A stretch of DNA of 32,000 nucleotides. Source: an uncultured archaeon. Lineage in GTDB: Archaea > Iainarchaeota > Iainarchaeia > Iainarchaeales > DATDZZ01. A program made the translations under genes and the position numbers. The notes below the pieces were generated by a model. It worked only from the letters and a program-made list of their open reading frames with translations. It was not told where the DNA came from and made no database searches. The stretch is taken from positions 13,141-45,140 of the forward strand of contig CAYJVY010000011.1 of the NCBI GenBank assembly GCA_964373795.1, given 5' to 3'. Of this stretch, positions 1 through 6,395 are shown piece by piece; the first letter of the stretch is position 1, and each line of letters starts with the position of its first letter.

Positions 1-716
1 TAGGACTAATTGGAGGAAGCATTCCTTTCTGGATTTACTTTTATGCAATAAAAATAGGTTCAGAAATTTATTCAACTCCTTATGGAATTGTTGCAGGATT
101 TTTCCACAAATCGACTCTATTTGTTTTCGTTGCAATACTTGCAACATTTTTTTTAAAAGAAAAAATTTCTAAAGAATTTATTGTGGGAGGACTACTATTA
201 CTTTTAGGAAACTATTTACTAGCTAAAAATTTTTTCACCATAGGTTTTCCAGAATTAATAGTTTTTATTGCAATAATTTTATGGGCAATTGAAAATGTTA
301 TAAGCAAATTTACTTTAAGAGAACTTTCAGGTAATCAAGTAGCATTTGGTAGAATGTTTTTTGGATCAATAATATTAATGTTAATGCTTGTAATTACTGG
401 ACAAGCAAACGAATTTCTTGCATTTGAACCAAAAACACTTTTTTGGAGTTTTATAACTGCTATTCCTTTGTTTTTATACGTGTTTTTTTGGTATAACGGA
501 TTAAAACACATTGAAGTAAGCAAGGCAACAACTATTTTAATGCTAGGACAACCAATAACTTCCCTGCTTACATTTACTTTTAACGGAGTAATGCCAAACA
601 TTCAAGAAATTATTTCAAGTACATTAATTATTAGTGGAATTATTTTAGTAATAGGTTATTCAAATATTGTTGGCTTCATTAATAAATTTCTTGCGACAAG
701 GAGGATTACACAATAA
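1..716 (+). CDS. DMT/EamA-family transporter, 5' partial
   Basis: Frame 3 is open from the left window edge (GLIGGSIPFWIYFYAIKIG...) and continues into the listed 183..716 ORF. The product is multi-TM: the tail of one EamA-like repeat followed by a complete second repeat. The start lies outside the window. Confidence 0.7.
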   Translation, partial: GLIGGSIPFWIYFYAIKIGSEIYSTPYGIVAGFFHKSTLFVFVAILATFFLKEKISKEFIVGGLLLLLGNYLLAKNFFTIGFPELIVFIAIILWAIENVISKFTLRELSGNQVAFGRMFFGSIILMLMLVITGQANEFLAFEPKTLFWSFITAIPLFLYVFFWYNGLKHIEVSKATTILMLGQPITSLLTFTFNGVMPNIQEIISSTLIISGIILVIGYSNIVGFINKFLATRRITQ

Positions 717-1399
717 TTTCAATTCAAGGACTTCAAAGAAGTTGCAAAAATAGTTTTCCAACTAATTTCAAAGAATATTGCGGGCCAAAAAATGCATTCC
801 ACGAATTCAATGAGTTCATTAATAATCCCTCCAATGAAAAAATTGAAAAAATAAAATCATTAATAAAACAATTTCCAATACTCTATTCATATTATGAATT
901 CATTGGAAAAAAAATTAATGCACATCCATTAGATGAAAAAGTTATAAAATACTACTGGCTTTCCGGTGAAGAAAAATTTTCAAACAAAAATGTTTTGAGA
1001 TTTCTTTCAACAAAAATGATAAAAAACGGTTTAAGCAAAAAAAGAATTAAAACAATTTCTGAAAGCCTCCCTAAACAAATTCACATTGACCACTCATTTC
1101 ATGTTTTAATAGTGAAATTTATAACAGAAAAAGTAGAAAAAACAATTGAAAATTTTTCAAAATGCTTAATAATGCCTGCAAGAGTTATAAAAGTTAATGA
1201 AAAAATTTCAGTAGAGGCAGTAGAACTTCAAAATATGGAAGGAAAACTTATTGAAAAGAAAAAAATAGTTGAAAACCCATTCAAAATACATTTAAAGAAA
1301 AATGAATTGGTGTCAATCCATTGGAACAACATAATAGAAAAAATTTCTAAAAAAACTGTTTCAAAACTTATAAAATCAGTTATGGAAAAATTTTCATAA
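713..1399 (+). CDS. Conserved hypothetical protein (YCGP motif, DUF6390-like) with a probable non-canonical ATA/ATT start
   Basis: The frame is open from 686 to the stop at 1397-1399, but there is no ATG/GTG/TTG before 995. The upstream part (SCKNSFPTNFKEYCGPKNAFHEF...YYWLSGEEKF) reads like a real N-terminus. GGAGGA at 700-705 lies 7 nt before in-frame ATA (713) and ATT (716). Confidence 0.5.
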   Translation: MISIQGLQRSCKNSFPTNFKEYCGPKNAFHEFNEFINNPSNEKIEKIKSLIKQFPILYSYYEFIGKKINAHPLDEKVIKYYWLSGEEKFSNKNVLRFLSTKMIKNGLSKKRIKTISESLPKQIHIDHSFHVLIVKFITEKVEKTIENFSKCLIMPARVIKVNEKISVEAVELQNMEGKLIEKKKIVENPFKIHLKKNELVSIHWNNIIEKISKKTVSKLIKSVMEKFS

Positions 1400-1406
1400 A
1401 AATCCT

Positions 1407-2159
1407 TCAATCAACTGGTTTAGCAATACTCCACATTAATTCAAAATAATCTCTATAAGAATCAGATAAAGCAGAACTATCAATTGCTATTCCAATCCAA
1501 TGATCCTCTGTTTGAAGTAAAAAACTTATTTTATTGCCATACATCCAAGTAATTGCAGGACTCTTAAATTGTTTTGGCAACACACGTAATTTAATCATTG
1601 GATCTCTAATAACGTCTGCTCCTTCATTAAGAATATACCTAGCTTTTACTCCAAGTCTTTGCCTTTCCTTGTAATATTTTTTATGCCAAATTGGATCAAT
1701 TTTTCTAAAATACCCTGAAGCCGCGCCAATTAAAACCATTTCTTTTTTTGTTACAACTGTTTGAATCATTGCATCGTTAAAAATATTCTTTAAGCCTTCC
1801 CAACCTTCAAAAACCTCTACATTAACTTTTTTTCCAGACTTTTTCTGCAAAGACTTAAATCTAGGTAAAAAATCTTTTAACTCCGATTCAAGCTGCTTAA
1901 TTCTTTCCTCTTTTGCTTTCAAAAAATCAAACAATTTTTCAACAGGAGCTGCTTTAAAGAAACGCAAATTATTTTTAATAACATAACTCGCTAAACCCAA
2001 TTCTACAAGTTTATTCAAGTCATCGTAAACATTTGGCCTGGAAATTTTAACCTTTTTAGCTATTTCAGAAGCAGTTGCTTCTCCAGATTTAAGAAGAGTA
2101 AGAAATACCTCAGCCTGCTTCTTTGTTAAACCAAGCGAAACTAAAAATCCTTCTTCCAT
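1407..2159 (-). CDS. TrmB-family transcriptional regulator
   Basis: N-terminal winged HTH (LGLTKKQAEVFLTLLKSGEATASEIAKKVKISRPNVYDDLNKLVELGLA), then a coiled linker and a C-terminal effector-like domain, as in TrmB. Start placed at MEEGF (ATG 2159-2157), not the upstream MYIYL extension. Confidence 0.75.
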   Translation of the reverse strand: MEEGFLVSLGLTKKQAEVFLTLLKSGEATASEIAKKVKISRPNVYDDLNKLVELGLASYVIKNNLRFFKAAPVEKLFDFLKAKEERIKQLESELKDFLPRFKSLQKKSGKKVNVEVFEGWEGLKNIFNDAMIQTVVTKKEMVLIGAASGYFRKIDPIWHKKYYKERQRLGVKARYILNEGADVIRDPMIKLRVLPKQFKSPAITWMYGNKISFLLQTEDHWIGIAIDSSALSDSYRDYFELMWSIAKPVD

Positions 2160-2192
2160 TAAATAAATATACAAAACATATATTTAAAGTTG

Positions 2193-2254
2193 TTGTATGA
2201 AAATTATACTACAAAACCTTATTTTGTTTTTTAGTTGTATTTTTTTAATACAAC
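2193..2254. promoter_or_regulatory. Pair of TTGTAT-N7-ATACAA palindromes in a divergent promoter region (candidate TrmB-like operator)
   Basis: GTTGTAT-tttttta-ATACAAC at 2234-2254 is a perfect 7-bp inverted repeat. TTGTAT-gaaaatt-ATACtACAA at 2193-2214 is an imperfect second copy. Both lie between the divergent genes ending at 2159 and starting at 2289. Confidence 0.45.
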
Positions 2255-2288
2255 ACATGATTATTAACGCAATTTCTGCAATTTAGTT

Positions 2289-2645
2289 ATGGAATTAATG
2301 ATCTTAAAAGTGTTGGGAAATTTGTTTCTTGGAAACATTGACTTTTTTGTTTCCTTGATTTTGAACAACATTTTCTTGACATTTGGATTGTTTACATACT
2401 TTGTCATTATTCAAGGAGAAAAAGCTCATTTACTTAGATTTGGAGTTTTCATGATTTTTTTATGGGGAGTGTTTGATTTTATTACAGTTAATGGAGGAAT
2501 TCCTTTCAGTAGATTCAGCATGTTTTGGTATGTATTTTTAGCTCTTGGAACAGTTACAATGACTCAAGGAACAAGGCTTGCTTCTAAAGCAACTATAATA
2601 ATTATTTTATGGTATCAATCTTTTTCATTTTTTCTGGGAGGATAA
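2289..2645 (+). CDS. Hypothetical integral membrane protein
   Basis: 118-aa ORF with about 4 hydrophobic segments. No recognisable motif. Confidence 0.5.
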   Translation: MELMILKVLGNLFLGNIDFFVSLILNNIFLTFGLFTYFVIIQGEKAHLLRFGVFMIFLWGVFDFITVNGGIPFSRFSMFWYVFLALGTVTMTQGTRLASKATIIIILWYQSFSFFLGG

Positions 2646-2646
2646 A

Positions 2647-2814
2647 ATGTTTTGGAAAAAAACCTCGAATGCATTGATTTATACTGCAAGTATTTACATA
2701 TTTTATTTTGTTTCAAGTTTAAGTGGATTTAGATTGGCTTGGCAAGCATTTTCTTTAGAAGGATTTATAGCAAGTTTTTTGTTTGTTTTTACAGCTAACT
2801 GGTTGTTTAATTAA
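2647..2814 (+). CDS. Possible small (55 aa) membrane protein
   Basis: ATG at 2647 lies 1 nt after the previous stop and is preceded by GGGAGGA (2635-2641). Translation MFWKKTSNALIYTASIYIFYFVSS...FTANWLFN has two hydrophobic segments. It is below the ORF-track size cutoff. Confidence 0.35.
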   Translation: MFWKKTSNALIYTASIYIFYFVSSLSGFRLAWQAFSLEGFIASFLFVFTANWLFN

Positions 2815-2822
2815 GCTCAAAT

Positions 2823-4100
2823 CTAAACTAGTTTTGTTTGTTCCACTTTTTCTTTTAATTTTTTTTCTTGAGGCTTGAGTTGGGATAGAAGTTCAATTAC
2901 TTTATCTATTTCGTCTTCTGAAAGCAAGTCAAACACTTGTTTTACTTCAAAGGCTTCATTGAAATCAGTTTCGTTCAAGTTTTTCTCCAACAAATTAAAA
3001 CCTAAATTTATAATGCTTGCCTTATTTTTTTGCAATTCTCGTAACTCTAAAATCTTTTTTTTAAAAGATTCAAGCGAAAAATCTTTGCTTAAAGAAATAA
3101 TTGCTTTTCCTTGAAATAATTTCAATAAAGGCGCTAAATCAATATCTGCTTGTTGAACTCCTTTAGCTAAAGAGCCAAGCAACTTTAATCTAATCATTGG
3201 AGTTAGCTTAAAATTCTCTGAACTTAAATCTTTTTCAATTGCTTCTTTCACTGTTAAAGCAATTTCTTCTAAAGAAGCTTTTTCAAACTTCAGTTTATGA
3301 TAGAATAGTTTTCGTTGATTTGGAAAAGAAACAAATCTCAAATCATTTGATTCAGTATCAAATAATACAAATCCTTTAGGTTTTTCTGCTTCCAGTTTCT
3401 TCATTTGAGTATGAATAGTCGACCCAGGAATAAAAAACAAGCCTTTATTTAATTTGTGAACTGCATGCCAATGAAGATGCCCATTAATGTATAAATCAAA
3501 TCCGACAGGCAAATCACTTAAAGAAATAGATGCAGTCATTTCATCATCAAATGGAAGAAACTCTTTCAAGGACTGATGAAAAACAAATACATTAAATGCG
3601 TTTTCAATTGGCTTTGAATTCCATAACTGAATTGCTTCTTTAGCTTTTTTTTCAGGAACTCCTCCCAATCCGTGAACAGCAATTTTCTCCAAACCTTTTT
3701 CAATCAACAAAGTTTCAGCATGAAAATGAATTAAAGCTTGAGCAGAATTCAATATCTGCAAAGCATTTGATTTTTCTTTAGAACGAAATTCATGAGTTCC
3801 ATGAATTGCAATTACTGGAATTCCTTGAAAAACAATTTCTTTTTTTTCAGGCTTTAATTTAAATAACTTGATTTCAGATTTTCTTGCTTTCCTAGGCAAG
3901 GAAAACAATTCAAAAGCTTGATGCCAAGTTTCCTGAGTAGGAATACTTGAATCAAACAAGTCTCCAGGCATTAAAATTAATTCAGCTTGTTCTTGAATAG
4001 CTAAATGAAATGCTTGCTCTAAAGCATTAAAAGAGTCGTTCGCGCGCTCGGAATTTAATGCAAACCCTAAATGAGTATCAGAAATTACTGCTATTTTCAT
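2823..4100 (-). CDS. mre11: Mre11-type DNA double-strand-break repair nuclease (calcineurin-like metallophosphoesterase)
   Basis: Motifs MKIAVISDTHLG, PGDLFDS, AIHGTHE and INGHLH appear in Mre11 order, followed by a C-terminal helical region. No rad50, herA or nurA is adjacent. Confidence 0.8.
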   Translation of the reverse strand: MKIAVISDTHLGFALNSERANDSFNALEQAFHLAIQEQAELILMPGDLFDSSIPTQETWHQAFELFSLPRKARKSEIKLFKLKPEKKEIVFQGIPVIAIHGTHEFRSKEKSNALQILNSAQALIHFHAETLLIEKGLEKIAVHGLGGVPEKKAKEAIQLWNSKPIENAFNVFVFHQSLKEFLPFDDEMTASISLSDLPVGFDLYINGHLHWHAVHKLNKGLFFIPGSTIHTQMKKLEAEKPKGFVLFDTESNDLRFVSFPNQRKLFYHKLKFEKASLEEIALTVKEAIEKDLSSENFKLTPMIRLKLLGSLAKGVQQADIDLAPLLKLFQGKAIISLSKDFSLESFKKKILELRELQKNKASIINLGFNLLEKNLNETDFNEAFEVKQVFDLLSEDEIDKVIELLSQLKPQEKKLKEKVEQTKLV

Positions 4101-4774
4101 TCAAGGTCACGCTCCTTGAACGCGACAGCTCCGCCGGTTGCTTCGGCGTCACTAAAAATTGGCAAAGACTTTAAATCACTTAATTTTTCTAAAACAAAGT
4201 CCGGGTTTGATTTCAACAAAGTTTTTCTAGAATTATAACCATTAACAAAAGCAGCAGATTTTACTCCGCCATGCTTTGCTGTTTCAATGTCATGAACCAT
4301 GTCTCCAACATATAAAACATGTTCAGGAATATGATCCAAATTTTCAACTACTTCATGAATTTTATTCATTTTATTCACTACTTCACAATAAATTTTGTCA
4401 AAAAATTTTTCTAACCCGAATAACTTTATTTCTCTTTCAATGAATTCTTTTGGATGACTACTTAAAACATCTAATCTAATGTTTTTGTTTTTCAACCATT
4501 GCAAGGTATTAATTACATCCGGATATAAATGTTTTAATTGAAGACTTTTAAAAAAAGGCAGAAAAACATTTTTTTGTTTTTCATCAATTTTTATATTAAT
4601 TTTTTTATAAAACTCTGGCCAAGGAAGAATATATTCATCTCTAAATTTCTCTAAAGAAATTCTTTTCCCGCCATAATATTTTACTACATGCATTGTTGCT
4701 TCATACACGTTTTCCAAATCGTTTACTATTACGCCGTTCCAATCAAAAATAACTGCTTTAATCATTTCACTCAC
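4097..4774 (-). CDS. HAD-superfamily hydrolase (phosphoglycolate phosphatase-like)
   Basis: HAD motif I region VIFDWNGVIV, a cap region, and motif IV YVGDMVHDIETAK. The stop overlaps the mre11 start (ATGA). The last 18 codons are encoded by GC-rich island A. Confidence 0.75.
   Translation of the reverse strand: MSEMIKAVIFDWNGVIVNDLENVYEATMHVVKYYGGKRISLEKFRDEYILPWPEFYKKINIKIDEKQKNVFLPFFKSLQLKHLYPDVINTLQWLKNKNIRLDVLSSHPKEFIEREIKLFGLEKFFDKIYCEVVNKMNKIHEVVENLDHIPEHVLYVGDMVHDIETAKHGGVKSAAFVNGYNSRKTLLKSNPDFVLEKLSDLKSLPIFSDAEATGGAVAFKERDLE
4103..4153. repeat. GC-rich island A (related to islands at 5737-5802 and 30126-30179)
   Basis: Contains blocks TCACG (4107-4111), TGAAC (4117-4121), TCCGCCGG (4130-4137) and GCGTCACT (4146-4153), in the same order as island C. 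There is an internal hairpin CGCCG-gttgctt-CGGCG (4132-4148). Confidence 0.4.
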
Positions 4775-5663
4775 TAAAAATTAATTTCATTAAATCATTC
4801 TTTTTTTGTTGAGATAAAAACATTAATGGATACAAAATCATTAAATCATATTCTTTGAATTTTTCTTCTACAGGAATTACATTAAAATCTTGTTTTGAAA
4901 AAACAACTGCATTAATGGAATATTTTTCCATTAATGCTGGAACTTCATTCAAGGAATGAACTTTGAAGTCTCTAAAAGAATTCCATGAAACAAGTTTTTG
5001 AAAAAGCTTTTCAACAGCTTCATGATTTTCTTCACTTGAAATTGGAAAAATATTGCAACCTCTTTTCATTAAAAGCCATGCAGCAATTAAATCTTCTTTT
5101 CGCGCTTCACTGAAAATAAAACAATTTCCTTCAACGCCTAAAGGCAAGCCTTTTAACCCTGAAACTTCTTCAAAAAAAATAAAAAACTCTTTTGGATGAA
5201 TTTCAATAAAAATTGTTTTAACAGGCTTGGATAAATTCACTTTCAAACCTGGAATGGAATTCAAAACTTGTTTTCCCACAAGGTTTTCAGTGTCTTTACT
5301 TGAAAAAGAATGCTGGCCTCTTCTTTGAACAGATAACTTAAAAGAGTCTCCTGAATGCAAAAAATTTTTTGCATGAAGTAAAACCTTTTCCTGAATTTCT
5401 TCAAGCACGGGATTAGAGTAATTAAATGCTTTTGCAATTGAATGAATTCCAAAAACTAATCCAAGTTTTTCACTTAAATCAGGAGAAGAAAAAATGAATA
5501 ATCTTCCAGGAGCTTTATCAATTTTTTCAATGTTTATTGAATGCTTTTTTGCAATCAATTTAATGTGTTCAACTAATTTTTTTACAAAAAACTGTTTAAC
5601 AAAATGAGTTTTAAGAGACATCTCTGAAGAGGTTTTCACAATCAAGCAATTAAATTCCTGCAT
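4767..5663 (-). CDS. ThiI-like THUMP-domain protein with a degenerate PP-loop
   Basis: N-terminal ferredoxin-like plus THUMP region (SFKLSVQRRGQHSFSSKDTENLVGKQVL...GLKGLPLGVEG) aligns by eye with ThiI. The expected SGGxDS is replaced by FSEARKED ahead of a conserved-looking AAWLLMKRG. Confidence 0.65.
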   Translation of the reverse strand: MQEFNCLIVKTSSEMSLKTHFVKQFFVKKLVEHIKLIAKKHSINIEKIDKAPGRLFIFSSPDLSEKLGLVFGIHSIAKAFNYSNPVLEEIQEKVLLHAKNFLHSGDSFKLSVQRRGQHSFSSKDTENLVGKQVLNSIPGLKVNLSKPVKTIFIEIHPKEFFIFFEEVSGLKGLPLGVEGNCFIFSEARKEDLIAAWLLMKRGCNIFPISSEENHEAVEKLFQKLVSWNSFRDFKVHSLNEVPALMEKYSINAVVFSKQDFNVIPVEEKFKEYDLMILYPLMFLSQQKKNDLMKLIFSE

Positions 5664-5710
5664 AAAAGTCTTTGCTTAGGAAAACAATAAATAGGTTTGC
5701 GAATTATAAA

Positions 5711-5720
5711 TTTATATAAT
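5711..5720 (+). promoter_or_regulatory. TATA-box-like element upstream of GC island B and tRNA-Cys
   Basis: TTTATATAAT lies about 25 nt upstream of the point where the sequence switches from AT-rich to GC-rich (about 5737-5745). Confidence 0.4.
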
Positions 5721-5736
5721 CTCAGTAAAAGATCTT

Positions 5737-5802
5737 TCACGAACGAAGTGAGCATGCTCAGTCAAAGACTGTGCGCATACTCTTCGGACGTTACGGCGAT
5801 GT
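5737..5802 (+). ncRNA. GC-rich island B: candidate structured 5' leader or co-transcribed small RNA of tRNA-Cys
   Basis: About 65 nt of GC-rich sequence between the TATA-like box and tRNA position +1. It contains the perfect 12-nt palindrome TGAGCATGCTCA (5749-5760) and shares TCACG..AAC, GCTCAGTCAAAG and CTTCGGxCGTyAC with islands A and C. Confidence 0.3.
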
Positions 5803-5873
5803 GGTGGAATGGCAGATCGGCTATGCGCTCGCCTGCAGAGCGAGATAGGAGGGTTCAACCCCCTCTTCCACCT
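5803..5873 (+). tRNA. tRNA-Cys (GCA)
   Basis: Manual cloverleaf. Acceptor GGTGGAA/TTCCACC, D-arm GCAG-ATCGGCT-ATGC, anticodon arm CTCGC-CTGCAGA-GCGAG (anticodon GCA), T-arm GAGGG-TTCAACC-CCCTC, discriminator T. CCA is not encoded. Confidence 0.9.
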
Positions 5874-6023
5874 TTATAAATTAAATAATTTAAAGAATTC
5901 GTCTCTTGTTAATCCAGCTTGTTTTATTATGGAATTTAGAGTTCCTTTTGAAATTACATTATGATTTGGAATTGTCAATCTTTTATAAGATTGGAAGTTT
6001 AGGCAATTACTTCCACCACTTCT
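5874..6023 (-). pseudogene. hicA: 5'-truncated hicA toxin remnant
   Basis: The frame translates GGSNCLNFQSYKRLTIPNHNVISKGTLNSIIKQAGLTRDEFFKLFNL*, matching the C-terminal two-thirds of HicA (..GSH..IP.H..l..GTL..I.KQAGL..eEF). There is no start codon, multiple stops lie upstream in frame, and the GSH histidine is replaced (GSN). Confidence 0.5.
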
Positions 6024-6211
6024 TCATCTATTGAAGGAGGAATTGGCTCATTATGTTTTTTTAAACTATCTAAATACCCTTTAATTGCATCTTTAATATT
6101 TTCAAGTGCCTCGCTTCTTGTTTTTCCTTGTGAAATACATCCAGGAAGAGAAGGACATTCAACTACAAATACTCCTTCTTCATCTTTTTCAACAATAATT
6201 CTGAACTTCAT
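5999..6211 (-). CDS. hicB: HicB-family antitoxin (UPF0150)
   Basis: MKFRIIVEKDEEGVFVVECPSLPGCISQGKTRSEALENIKDAIKGYL is the classic HicB N-domain signature. Start placed at MKF (ATG 6211-6209), because the upstream 28 codons look like spurious extension. Confidence 0.75.
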   Translation of the reverse strand: MKFRIIVEKDEEGVFVVECPSLPGCISQGKTRSEALENIKDAIKGYLDSLKKHNEPIPPSIDEEVVEVIA

Positions 6212-6395
6212 GAATTCACCTAAAAAATATGTATAAAGAAGAATATAAATATTTGCAAGACTTACAGATATTTTTATCAAAATTTGATTGAACACTAAAT
6301 TGAATGGTAATTAAGATTTATAAAAAGAAAAGAGACTTTTAAAAAGGTTTGGTCGGAAAAATAGTATATTAATTACACGAATTTTTAGTGATTTT

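Noticed and set aside
995-1399. TTG at 995 as the true start of the 134-aa ORF
   Set aside because: The frame stays open for about 100 further codons upstream with protein-like sequence and a GGAGGA site. Starting at 995 would leave an unusually long 280-bp untranslated gap.
5697-5879. 60-aa ORF (MRIINLYNLSKRSF...RVQPPLPPL) from the track
   Set aside because: It runs through GC island B and the whole tRNA-Cys gene. GC-rich RNA genes are naturally stop-free, and the tRNA cloverleaf explains the sequence.
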